A DNA stretch of 64,000 bases from Thermoanaerobaculia bacterium (GTDB lineage Bacteria; Acidobacteriota; Thermoanaerobaculia; Multivoradales; JAHEKO01): the NCBI GenBank assembly GCA_947259725.1, contig CAMYNM010000003.1:42571-106570 (forward strand), written 5' to 3'. The stretch's first letter is position 1; every line of letters starts with the position of its first letter. Positions 20,282-29,611 of this stretch are shown piece after piece. The notes under the pieces are model-generated. The model ran no database searches. It worked only from the letters and a program-made list of their open reading frames with translations, and was not told the origin of the DNA. Made by a program: the position numbers and the translations under genes.

Positions 20282-22267
20282 CTAGGCGATCACCAGCTCG
20301 AACATGCCCGCACGGTAGGCGGTGATCTTGCCGGTAAACGCGGAGGCCGCGACCGTGAGCGGCGAAGCCAGGTAGAGGCGTCCCGGACCGGATCGACCCT
20401 TGTAGTTTCGATTGATCGCCGAGACGGTGACTTGATCCTCGCGGTCCGAAACTCCGGGACCGCAACCGATGCAGGCGCCGCAGCCCGGTTGAATGAGCCT
20501 CACCCCGGCCCGCTCGAAGGTCTCGATGAAGCCTTGTTGATGACAGAACTCCTCGACCTCGTGCGACCCGAACTGGATCAGGAACTGAACGCCGGGGGCA
20601 ATCCGGTGCCCGCTGTCGACCGCTTCCTTGACCACGCGATGGTAGAAGATCAGGTCGTCGATCTTGCCGGCGGTGCAGCTGCCGCCGTAGGCGATGTCGA
20701 TCGGGACATCACCGAGCTCGTCGACAAATGCGCCGTTGGTGGGGTCCGAGGGGATCCCGACGTCGGGATTCCCCGGATGAGCGACCATCGGCCGCATGCG
20801 AGACAGGTCGATCGTATGGCGGCCGCCGTGATAGTGAGCTTTCGGGTCCGGGCTGACCGAGGCTCGTTCAAGCTCTTCCCGGGTGAGCTCCGGCCGGTGG
20901 GCCAGAATCCAGTCGTAGGTTTTGTCGTCGGCCTCGACGATGGCGGTACGCGCCGAGCACTCGGTCGCCATGTTGGTCAGGGTGGCTCGCTCGTCCATCG
21001 ACAGGCCGGCCAGCCCCGGGCCGCCGAACTCCATCACCCGCTTCAGGGTCTTTTGCGGCTTGGCGTACTCGAGCAGGATGTGGAGCATCAGGTCCTTGGC
21101 GGTCACTCCGGAGCGAAGCTCTCCCACGAGGTCGAACCGGATCGACTCCGGCACTTCCACGGAGGTGAATCCTGAGTGGATCAGGTTGGCGTACTCGGTG
21201 GCGCCCACCCCCCAGGTGAGCGCGTTGTTGCAGCCTCCCATGCAGGTGTGGCTGTCGGTCGCCTGGATGAACTGCCCGGGTGAGACCAGGCTTTCGCGGG
21301 CGACCTCGTGACAGATACCCGGCGAAACCCCGTCCTTGGCCGAGAAGTCCTGCACCGCGGAGTGGTCCTGAAAGACGTGCTGCAGCTCTCTCAACGTGTT
21401 GATCTTGCCGACAAAGGGCATCATCTTGGGCACCTCGTCGGCATAGATCAGGTGATCTTCGAAAACCGCAAAGCGCGCCGGAGCCTGAAGTGTGTACCCG
21501 TCTCCATACTCCTGCTGGAGAAAGTAGTGAACCTGGGCTGTGGTGAACTCATGGGAGTAGCCGCCATCCACGGTCGCGACCAGGGCGTCGCCCGGCTTGA
21601 CGTGCTTGACCTCGGGTAGCGATCGACTCGCGAGAATCTTCTCGCACATTGTCATTGGCCGGGCGTCGGTGGCGACCTTCGGGAGCTCGATCTCGCCCGC
21701 GGCCAGCGCCTTCGAGAATGCGAACAGCCCGCCCGAGCGCACCTTGAGTTGCGTGATCGGATCGTAGCCGGAGGTGAAGTCTTCGAGCGGCACGCCCGCT
21801 CCGGCTTCCAGGCGAAGGAGAATTTCGTGATCGCCCATCAGCACGCCCTGGTTGATGTTGTTCGCCGCGTGAATCGGAGCGAAAGAAGCCGCGATGGCGA
21901 TCCGGATACCGCACCACTTCTCGGCCTGGACGGCGGTTTCCCGGGAGCTTCCAACCCCCTTGCGAAAACCCGAAACGATGACCTCGAAGTTGCCGTTCTT
22001 GAGCGCATCTCGCTCGAAAAGCCGTCCACCGTCGACGATCAGGCCGGCGTAGGCGTCGCGCGCGATGTCTTCCGGACGGTGCGAGAAACAGACCCAGGCC
22101 GGAGTCATTGCATCCGTGTTGATGTCGTCGAGAAGGTCTTCGACCGTCAGATGCGCCATCTCCAGGTCGAGCTCGCCGGCAAGCTGCCTTCGAATCAGCT
22201 CCGGATCCTTGGTCAGATAGAGAACCCGCTTGCCGGGGGTCAGTCGGACGATCTCTGGGGGCCTCAA
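20282..22267 (-). CDS. Single-chain aconitase-family dehydratase (LeuD-like swivel domain fused N-terminal to LeuC-like Fe-S domain)
   Basis: N-terminal INTD and GVGSSRE. Then EDH, GICH, DSHT, GSCT, PGCGAC, NRNYKGRSG, LASP. Confidence 0.88.
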   Translation of the reverse strand: MRPPEIVRLTPGKRVLYLTKDPELIRRQLAGELDLEMAHLTVEDLLDDINTDAMTPAWVCFSHRPEDIARDAYAGLIVDGGRLFERDALKNGNFEVIVSGFRKGVGSSRETAVQAEKWCGIRIAIAASFAPIHAANNINQGVLMGDHEILLRLEAGAGVPLEDFTSGYDPITQLKVRSGGLFAFSKALAAGEIELPKVATDARPMTMCEKILASRSLPEVKHVKPGDALVATVDGGYSHEFTTAQVHYFLQQEYGDGYTLQAPARFAVFEDHLIYADEVPKMMPFVGKINTLRELQHVFQDHSAVQDFSAKDGVSPGICHEVARESLVSPGQFIQATDSHTCMGGCNNALTWGVGATEYANLIHSGFTSVEVPESIRFDLVGELRSGVTAKDLMLHILLEYAKPQKTLKRVMEFGGPGLAGLSMDERATLTNMATECSARTAIVEADDKTYDWILAHRPELTREELERASVSPDPKAHYHGGRHTIDLSRMRPMVAHPGNPDVGIPSDPTNGAFVDELGDVPIDIAYGGSCTAGKIDDLIFYHRVVKEAVDSGHRIAPGVQFLIQFGSHEVEEFCHQQGFIETFERAGVRLIQPGCGACIGCGPGVSDREDQVTVSAINRNYKGRSGPGRLYLASPLTVAASAFTGKITAYRAGMFELVIA

Positions 22268-22368
22268 GGCGGGATTCTCCTCAAAGTCAGTCTATCGCGG
22301 TTGAGCCAACGCGATCAGGGACCTGACGATGCGGGCGGGCGGGCGATCGACCCGCGCGCTTCGCACGG

Positions 22369-24057
22369 CTACAGCCGCTCCTCGACGGCCGCCATCACCG
22401 CGGCCTCGAGCTCTTCGATCCGGTCCTCGATCTCCCGGCCGCGCTCGATCAAGGCATTCGCCCCGGCCTCGTCCGCGAGTTCGCTCGCGTTGATTTTGAC
22501 GTTCAAGAACGCGCCGCGGGCGGCGGCCCGTGCGCACAGCGCGCCGACTCCGGCGTCCGAGACCGACGCCGGATTGCCGATCTTGGCCATTGCCTCGAGC
22601 ACCGGCATCGACTCCAGGGCCTTTTCCATGACTTCTAGCGGTACTTCCATCGCTCGGCGAGCGGCCTCCTGGATCGCGGCATCGCGCAGACGCCGTTCGG
22701 ACTCGTCGCGCGCAGGCAGCCGGTGCGCGGCCATGACCGCGTTGAAACTCTCGGTGTCTTCGTCGATCAATCCGATCAAGGCATCGTAGATCGCCTTGCC
22801 CCGGGCGGCCCAGCCGGAGAACTCTTCCCAGCGATCGTCCCAACCGCGCTTGTGAGCGGAGAGGTTGGCGACCATGGTTCCCAGTGCCGCGCCCAGAGCA
22901 CCGACCGCGGCCGATACCGATCCTCCTCCCGGGGCCGGAGACTCGGACGCGGTCTCTTGGGTGAACTCGGCGACCGACCGGTCAGCCAACTTGGCGGAGC
23001 CACCGAGGAGAGCGCGGAGCCGGTACTCGATTATCTTTCGACCGGGCTCGAACGGCTTCAGGTCGTCGAGCCCGAGCGACTTGACCGCGATCTTGATGAT
23101 CTCGCTGTCGGGCACGCCGGCGGATCGCTCCTGCTGGCGCAGGTAGTGGCGGCCGGCCTCGAGCATGACCTCGAGCGGCACCAGCCCGACGAGTTCCGAG
23201 CCGGTCACCCTGATACCCCTGTCTCGCGCGCGCCGGCGGACTTCGTCGAAGGCGACATGCACCGGCGTCACCTTGACATCGGTCAGGTTCATCGAGATCT
23301 GGGCGATTCCGTATTCCTCGATATACCAACCGATCGCCTTGACCGCCTTGAGGCTGCCCGGGGAATAGACCGGATTGCCGTCGTCGTCGCGCACCACGGG
23401 TCCGGTCAGGGAATCGCCCTTTCTCTTCACTCGACCGCGCTCGCGCACATCGAACGCGATCGCGTTTGCGCGGCGCGAGGACGTGGTGTTGAGGTTGACG
23501 TTATAGGCGACCAGGTAGTCTCGCGCTCCGACGGCGGTGGCACCCGAGCGGGGATTGAACTTCGCCGGGCCGAAGTCCGGCTGCCAATCCGGGAGCGTCA
23601 ACTTCTGCTCCAAGCCCTCGTACTCGCCGGAGCGTACGGTCGCCAGATTGCGCCGCGCTTTCGAGAAAGCCGCGTTCTCGTAGCAATAGACGGTCAGGCC
23701 GACCTCCTCACCGAGCCGCCCGGCCAGCTTGCGGGCCCACTCGACGGTTTCCTCCATCGTGATGCCGGCGACCGGTACCAACGGGCAGACGTCGAGCGCC
23801 CCGAAGCGGGGGTGCTCGCCCCGATGGCCCCGCATATCGATGAGCTCCGCGGCCGACCGGGCGGCTTCGACCGCCGCCTCGACCACCGCGGCCGGCTCAC
23901 CGGCGAAGGTAACCACCGTCCGGTGAGTGGCTTTCCCCGGATCGACGTCGAGGAGCGCCACTCCGTCGACCCGCTCGACGGCGTCCGTGATCCTGCCGAT
24001 CACTTCCGGGTCTCTGCCTTCACTGAAGTTGGGTACGCACTCGAGTATCTGTCGCAT
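22369..24057 (-). CDS. ftcd: Bifunctional glutamate formiminotransferase/cyclodeaminase
   Basis: ECVPNFSEGR, HPRFGALD, R.GEYEG, QISMNL, SELVG. Cyclodeaminase PAPGGGS and GNPASVSD. Confidence 0.93.
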   Translation of the reverse strand: MRQILECVPNFSEGRDPEVIGRITDAVERVDGVALLDVDPGKATHRTVVTFAGEPAAVVEAAVEAARSAAELIDMRGHRGEHPRFGALDVCPLVPVAGITMEETVEWARKLAGRLGEEVGLTVYCYENAAFSKARRNLATVRSGEYEGLEQKLTLPDWQPDFGPAKFNPRSGATAVGARDYLVAYNVNLNTTSSRRANAIAFDVRERGRVKRKGDSLTGPVVRDDDGNPVYSPGSLKAVKAIGWYIEEYGIAQISMNLTDVKVTPVHVAFDEVRRRARDRGIRVTGSELVGLVPLEVMLEAGRHYLRQQERSAGVPDSEIIKIAVKSLGLDDLKPFEPGRKIIEYRLRALLGGSAKLADRSVAEFTQETASESPAPGGGSVSAAVGALGAALGTMVANLSAHKRGWDDRWEEFSGWAARGKAIYDALIGLIDEDTESFNAVMAAHRLPARDESERRLRDAAIQEAARRAMEVPLEVMEKALESMPVLEAMAKIGNPASVSDAGVGALCARAAARGAFLNVKINASELADEAGANALIERGREIEDRIEELEAAVMAAVEERL

Positions 24058-24122
24058 GAGGTTCTCTCCGATCCGGCAAGCGCCAGAGATCGTAGCAGGG
24101 ACGAGGTAAAATCGTGCCATAC

Positions 24123-24797
24123 ATGTGCGGGCGCTACACCCTGACTTCACCCCGCGAGGTGGCGCAAGGATTCGATCTGAAGGTCGTGCCCGAGATCGGG
24201 CCCCGCTTCAACATCGCCCCGTCGCAGGAGTCGCTCATCGTTGTGGCCGCCGGCGAGGGAGCCGAAGCGAGATCCGCGATCTGGGGCTTTACTCTGCCGC
24301 CACGTGATTCTGGCGCCGCCGGCCGGCGGGTCATCAACGCCCGATCGGAAGACGTCGGGAAACGGCCACTCTTTCGGGAGAGCTTCACCGAGCGTCGCTG
24401 CCTGGTGCCCGCCGACGGTTTCTACGAGTGGACCCGGATCGGGCTGAGCCGGCAGCCCTACTACTTTTCGCTGCCGGATTCTTCGGTCTTCGGATTCGCC
24501 GGCCTCTGGAGTCCGGGTCCCGACGACCGGCCGGGCTACGTCATCATGACCACCGAGGCCAACGAGGTGGTGGCACCCATTCACGGCCGGATGCCCGTAA
24601 TACTGCGGTCGCAGGACTACTCCTCGTGGCTGGCGAGCGGGGGCCTTCCGGACGATTCGGCCAGGAGAATATTGCGTCCCTGGCCCGCCGAGAAGCTGAT
24701 CGCCACTCCGGTCGGCATGCGCGTCAACGACCCGTCCACCGACGACGAAACCTGCGTGTTACCTCTACAAGGTCCGGTTGACCTCTTTACGTATTAA
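24123..24797 (+). CDS. SOS response-associated peptidase (SRAP/YedK/HMCES abasic-site protein)
   Basis: N-terminal MCGRY (Cys2), FNIAPSQ, INARSE, GFYEW, IHGRMP. Confidence 0.93.
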   Translation: MCGRYTLTSPREVAQGFDLKVVPEIGPRFNIAPSQESLIVVAAGEGAEARSAIWGFTLPPRDSGAAGRRVINARSEDVGKRPLFRESFTERRCLVPADGFYEWTRIGLSRQPYYFSLPDSSVFGFAGLWSPGPDDRPGYVIMTTEANEVVAPIHGRMPVILRSQDYSSWLASGGLPDDSARRILRPWPAEKLIATPVGMRVNDPSTDDETCVLPLQGPVDLFTY

Positions 24798-24857
24798 CTT
24801 TATGATTATGTTCAAAGCAACAACCAATGGAATGGTTCTTCGTTCCGGGGGCACGCC

Positions 24858-25604
24858 ATGCAAGACAATCCTCTAGAGCAGCCGAAAGAGCGCAAACGGC
24901 GCATCCTCGCGATCGATGACGATCCGGAGGTCTTGGAGCTGATCACAGCGACCTTCGAGGAGGCTGGCTACGAGGTCATGACGGCAGAGACCGCCGAGAT
25001 GGCGCTCAACCTCATGAACGACGAGGGCCTGCCGCATGTGGCGATCATCGACATCCGGCTCCCCGGGCTGGACGGGCTGTCGCTATGCCAGCGGATTCAC
25101 GACATCAGCGACGTACCGGTGATCATGCTGACCGTGGTCGACGACGAAGACACGGTTGTCAAGACCATCGAAAAGTACGCCGAGGATTACATGATCAAGC
25201 CCTTCAATCCGGCCGAGCTGACGGCCCGGGTAGGCCGGATCCTCAAGCGGATCGGCGATTTCTCCTACACGATGCAGGCGATGATCCAGATCGACGAGAA
25301 CCTCTCGGTCGATTTCGTGCGGCAGAAAGCGATCATCAATGGCCGGCCGCTGGCGCTCACGCCGACCGAGACCAAGTTGCTCTACATCCTGATGCAGAAT
25401 GCCGGTAAGACGGTCCTGACCAGCTACATCCTCGCCCGGGTGTGGCCGAGCCAGAGTGCCGACGAAAACACTCTCCGGGTCCATATCCATCGCCTCCGCC
25501 AGAAGATCGAGGTGGCGCCGAGCCGACCTCGATACATCGTCACCGAGCGCGGGGCGGGCTACAGTTTTCTCTCTCCGGCGGACGCCCTTTCGGGCGCCCC
25601 CTAG
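24858..25604 (+). CDS. OmpR/PhoB-family response regulator
   Basis: IDDD, phospho-Asp in DIRLP, KPF, winged-helix LTPTE…LRVHIHRLRQKIE…GAGY. Confidence 0.93.
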   Translation: MQDNPLEQPKERKRRILAIDDDPEVLELITATFEEAGYEVMTAETAEMALNLMNDEGLPHVAIIDIRLPGLDGLSLCQRIHDISDVPVIMLTVVDDEDTVVKTIEKYAEDYMIKPFNPAELTARVGRILKRIGDFSYTMQAMIQIDENLSVDFVRQKAIINGRPLALTPTETKLLYILMQNAGKTVLTSYILARVWPSQSADENTLRVHIHRLRQKIEVAPSRPRYIVTERGAGYSFLSPADALSGAP

Positions 25605-25618
25605 GAGGGCCATGCGAG

Positions 25619-25993
25619 TCAGGCCTCGCCGGCCGCGAGCAGCCCGGCGACGACGGCGACCAGCTTGTCCGGCTCGAGGATCGGCTTCGAGATGTACTGA
25701 TCGAATCCGGCCGCCAGGAACCGTTCGCGATCGCCCACCATGGCGTGCGCGGTCAGAGCGACCACGGGCAGGTCACGCAGGTTCTCATTCTTGCGGATCA
25801 TGGCGAGGACCTCGGTACCGTCCATCTCCGGCAATGAGATATCCAGCAAGATGACGTCCGGTGGGTCCGCGGGCATCGCGTCCAGAGCCTCCTGGCCCGA
25901 CGCGAACTCGGTCAGTTCGTAGTGGTCCTCCAGGATGGCCCGCACCAGCAAGCGGTTATCCGGGTTGTCCTCGATGACGGCGACTCGCTTCAC
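25619..25993 (-). CDS. Single-domain response regulator (DivK-like)
   Basis: IEDN, LLDISLP, ALTAHAMVGD, ISKP. Confidence 0.9.
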   Translation of the reverse strand: MKRVAVIEDNPDNRLLVRAILEDHYELTEFASGQEALDAMPADPPDVILLDISLPEMDGTEVLAMIRKNENLRDLPVVALTAHAMVGDRERFLAAGFDQYISKPILEPDKLVAVVAGLLAAGEA

Positions 25994-25997
25994 GAGC

Positions 25998-26342
25998 TCA
26001 TTCTCCGGTGAGCCTCCGCATGCTCAGCAGCGCGGCGCGGGCGTGCTCCTCGAGGCTCGGCAGGGCGGATTCCAGGGCCTCGGTCTCCTCCCGCTCCGCC
26101 AGGCGCTCGAGAACGGCGGCCCGCTCGGCCAGCTCGATGGCGCCCAGGGTCACCGAGCTCGACCGCAGGGAGTGAATCGCGAGAGCCGCTCGAGGCCAGT
26201 CTCCGGCCACGATGCCACGGCGAATCTCCTCCAAGCGCACCGGCGTGTGCTCGAGAAAGAGCCGCGCTAGCCTGCCGAGCAGGTCGTCGCCCCCTATTCT
26301 TCGAATCTGAGCCAACGTCTTGGCGTCCAGCTCCACCTTCAC
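25998..26342 (-). CDS. Stand-alone Hpt phosphotransfer protein
   Basis: AIHSLRSSSVTLGA matches the HxLKGSS motif; helical 114-aa protein. Confidence 0.85.
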   Translation of the reverse strand: MKVELDAKTLAQIRRIGGDDLLGRLARLFLEHTPVRLEEIRRGIVAGDWPRAALAIHSLRSSSVTLGAIELAERAAVLERLAEREETEALESALPSLEEHARAALLSMRRLTGE

Positions 26343-26357
26343 ACCGCTTCTCTTTCA

Positions 26358-27617
26358 CTAGTTCAGATACGACAACATGTCCCGCACCGATGCCGCCTCG
26401 GGATGATCCGGCGCCAGCTCCAGGAACTTCTGGAGCTTCGCCTTGGCCTCACTGTTTTTTCCTGAGCTAGCGTAGCAGAGCCCGAGTTGATAGTAGACCT
26501 GGGGATTGCTCGGATCCAAGGCCATGGACGTCTCAACAGCCTTGGTCGCCTCGGCAACCGCACCGTTGTTGTAGAAGTTGGTGCCGTCACGCAGGAACAG
26601 CTCGGCGGCCGCCTCGGGACTGTTGCTCTTGATCTCGGTGAACGCGGCTTCCGCCGACGCGGAGTCGCCAAGCTCCTCATAGCTCATGAAGCGCACGACG
26701 TTCGCCCGGGCGTTGCCTGGGTCGTGTTCGAGATAGGCCTCCGCCTTGTCGATCGCGGCCTGCCATTTCTCGCCGGCAAAAAAGATCTGGGCCAGCGGCA
26801 GGAGCGCCTGATACAGCTCGGGATTGACCTCGAGTGCCCGCGAAAACCCTCGCTCGGCGAGAGCGTAGTCATGGTTCTTGGTCGCTGCGACCGCTTGGTT
26901 GAAAATCCGCGCGGCAACGGCGGGGCCCGAATCGAGCGCGAGCAACTGCTCGAGCACCTGATTCGCCTGTTCGGTGTCGCCAGCTCCCCAGACCGAGTCA
27001 TAGAGCATCTGCAGGCCGACGGGATCGTCGGGTTTGACTGCCAAGAAGCCCTCCGCCGCACCCCGCGCGTCACTCCATTGCTCAGTCTCGAGATAGAGCC
27101 GCGCTAGCGCGGCGTAGGCAAGATCGAACTCCGGGTTGGCCTCGACCGCGGCACGAAAATGCCCAATCGCAGCATCGCTGTCTCCGGCGTTGTAGGCCAC
27201 CGCGCCCTCGTTGTACGCCTTGGTGGCCTTGTCCGTGGCTTCGAGTGCCTGCAGTTGCTCGGCCTGCTCTGAAACCTCATCCACGGTGAGCAGCACCCAG
27301 CTCACATCCATCACAGTGCTGGGGTCGAACTTGAACGGCTCTTCGACCGGCTTGTACCCCGGTTTTTCCATTCGGATGAGGTACGTCCGGCTCGCATCGG
27401 TGACGGTGAGACTGAACTTGCCGTTCTTCTTGGTCGCGGTGCTCTTTTCGTAGTCGAAGTCGACGGCCTTAACCGTGATCGCTACGTCACCGAGCGGGTT
27501 CCCGGCGCTGTCAGCCACCTGTCCCTTCATTCTCCCAGCCGCCGCGGTGGCAGCCGAGACCGCCGCGCCCAACAGAAGGCACCAGCACGCAAAGGTCTGT
27601 AATCTCGATCTCATCAT
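26358..27617 (-). CDS. Secreted TPR protein with N-terminal carboxypeptidase-regulatory-like beta domain
   Basis: Signal peptide, GQVAD..GNPL beta domain, multiple TPR repeats (YYQLGLCY…FLELAPDHPEA). Confidence 0.82.
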   Translation of the reverse strand: MMRSRLQTFACWCLLLGAAVSAATAAAGRMKGQVADSAGNPLGDVAITVKAVDFDYEKSTATKKNGKFSLTVTDASRTYLIRMEKPGYKPVEEPFKFDPSTVMDVSWVLLTVDEVSEQAEQLQALEATDKATKAYNEGAVAYNAGDSDAAIGHFRAAVEANPEFDLAYAALARLYLETEQWSDARGAAEGFLAVKPDDPVGLQMLYDSVWGAGDTEQANQVLEQLLALDSGPAVAARIFNQAVAATKNHDYALAERGFSRALEVNPELYQALLPLAQIFFAGEKWQAAIDKAEAYLEHDPGNARANVVRFMSYEELGDSASAEAAFTEIKSNSPEAAAELFLRDGTNFYNNGAVAEATKAVETSMALDPSNPQVYYQLGLCYASSGKNSEAKAKLQKFLELAPDHPEAASVRDMLSYLN

Positions 27618-27640
27618 CGCTTCCTCACTTGAATGTAGTT

Positions 27641-29473
27641 TCACTTCCACCCGCAGGAAAGACCTTGGGTCTCACCCTCGAGCCACTCCTGCAACGGAGC
27701 GAAGTAGTCGATGATCGCGGTGGCGTCCATCTCCCGCTGACCGGTGACCGCCTCGAGGGCATCGGGCCACGGCCGGCTCGCTCCCATTTCCAACATTTCA
27801 ATCAGTCTTTTTCCGGCGTCCTTGTTGCCGTAGATCGAGCAGCGATGCAACGGCCCTTCATAGCCCGCGGCTTCACACAACGACCTCTGGAACTGAAACT
27901 GCAGGATATGGGCCAGGAAGTACCGGGTGTAGGGAGTGTTGGCGGGCACGTGATACTTGGCGCCCGGATCGAAGTCCGACTCGCTGCGCTCGACCGGGGC
28001 AGCGACCCCCTGGTACTTCTCACGCAGCTCCCACCACGCCGCGTTGTAGGCATCGGGCGCTATCTCGCCGCTGAAAACGCCCCACCGCCACTGATCGACC
28101 AATAGGCCGAAGGGCAGGAAGGCGACCTTGTCGAGCGCCATTCTCATGAGCACGCCGAGATCCGCGGAGGCATCCGGCGCCCGATCCAGCAGGCCGACTT
28201 CAACAAGATAGTCGGGCGTCACCGAAAGTGCGACGGTGTCACCCACTCCCTCGTGAAACCCGTCGTTGGCGCTCTCGCGGTACAGAAACGGCTGCCGACT
28301 ATAGGCGCGCTGATAGAAGTTGTGCCCCAGCTCGTGGTGAATCGTCGAGAAGTCCTCGGCATTGCGTTCGATGCACATCTTGATCCGGATGTCGTCGACC
28401 TGATCAATATCCCAGGCGCTGGCATGGCAGACGACGTCCCGGTCGGCCGGCTTGGTGAAGAGCGAGCGCTGCCAGAAGGTATCGGGCAGGGGATCGAATC
28501 CGATCGAAGTGAAGAATCGCTCGCCGTAGCGCACCATCTCGAGCTCATCCACCTCCTTCTCATCCAGGAGCTCGGTGACGTCGAAGCCGGGATCCGAGCT
28601 GGGAGGCGCGACCATCGGGTAGATGTTCGCCCAGCTCTGAGCCCACATGTTGCCGAGGAGATGCGCCGGAATCGGCCCCGACGCGGGCGCCACCGAATCC
28701 CCGTAGGTCTCGGTCAACTTCGACCTCACGTAGCAATGCAGCGGCTCGTACAGCGGACGAACCTGCTCCCAGAGACGATCCAACTCGGCTCGGAAGTCAT
28801 CCGGCGGCATGTCGTAGTTGGAGCGCCAGAGCGCTCCGAGGTCGTCGAACCCCAACTCTCGGGAGCCCTTGTTGCCGAGCTCGGCGAACCTCCGATAATC
28901 CTCTCGCATCGGCGGCGAGATTGTCCGCCAGCCGGTCCACACCTCCAAGAGCTCGTCCGGATCGCGGCTGGTGGCCAGGGTGTTGCTGAGCTCGCCCAAA
29001 GCCAGGCACTCGCCGCCCTCGGGGCAGTACTTGCCTTTCCCGTAGGTGCTCTCGAGCGACGCCGCGATGCCGGCGAGCTCGGTCCTTTCCTCGTCGGCGC
29101 TGGGAGCCGGAAGGGTCATCCCGGTCTTCAGGATCTTGAGCTTTCGCTCCAGATCGGCGTCCAGCTCAAGGCCGTCGAAGCGGGTCGACGCGCGGGCATA
29201 GTCCATCGCCTTGCCCAGGTACTCGTCGTAGGCCGCCGCGGCCAGCTGCTCGGTATCGTCGGTGATGTAGGTTGCCTGAACCCACTGCGCCTTGGCCAGG
29301 CCGATGACCTCTTCGAGCAGATCTTCTTCGACGTCGGCGACAAACGCCGCGGCTCCCGCCGCGGTCGCCGGATAGTCGCTCTGGTCGGCACTGGGGGGGG
29401 TGCAGGCCGCCCCGAGCAGCGCGATCATCGAGACCAGAGCCGAGGCTCGAAGCAGATTCCGTGTACTGCTCAT
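27641..29473 (-). CDS. Peptidyl-dipeptidase A (ACE-like, peptidase M2) lipoprotein
   Basis: Lipobox LGAAC, HLLGNMWAQ, CHASAWD, HHELGH, FHEGVGD, FDPGAKYH, PYTRYF. Confidence 0.94.
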   Translation of the reverse strand: MSSTRNLLRASALVSMIALLGAACTPPSADQSDYPATAAGAAAFVADVEEDLLEEVIGLAKAQWVQATYITDDTEQLAAAAYDEYLGKAMDYARASTRFDGLELDADLERKLKILKTGMTLPAPSADEERTELAGIAASLESTYGKGKYCPEGGECLALGELSNTLATSRDPDELLEVWTGWRTISPPMREDYRRFAELGNKGSRELGFDDLGALWRSNYDMPPDDFRAELDRLWEQVRPLYEPLHCYVRSKLTETYGDSVAPASGPIPAHLLGNMWAQSWANIYPMVAPPSSDPGFDVTELLDEKEVDELEMVRYGERFFTSIGFDPLPDTFWQRSLFTKPADRDVVCHASAWDIDQVDDIRIKMCIERNAEDFSTIHHELGHNFYQRAYSRQPFLYRESANDGFHEGVGDTVALSVTPDYLVEVGLLDRAPDASADLGVLMRMALDKVAFLPFGLLVDQWRWGVFSGEIAPDAYNAAWWELREKYQGVAAPVERSESDFDPGAKYHVPANTPYTRYFLAHILQFQFQRSLCEAAGYEGPLHRCSIYGNKDAGKRLIEMLEMGASRPWPDALEAVTGQREMDATAIIDYFAPLQEWLEGETQGLSCGWK

Positions 29474-29611
29474 TTTCTAACTTCCTCCTGAGTGATGAAC
29501 GGTCGGACCGCGGGGGTCTTGCGAGCTCTGGTCGCAGAGCCCGATACTAGCGCGTCCGGTAGCGGGCCGAGGTCGGCCACGGGGTCCGGTCGTGCTGTCT
29601 CCAGGCAGTCC

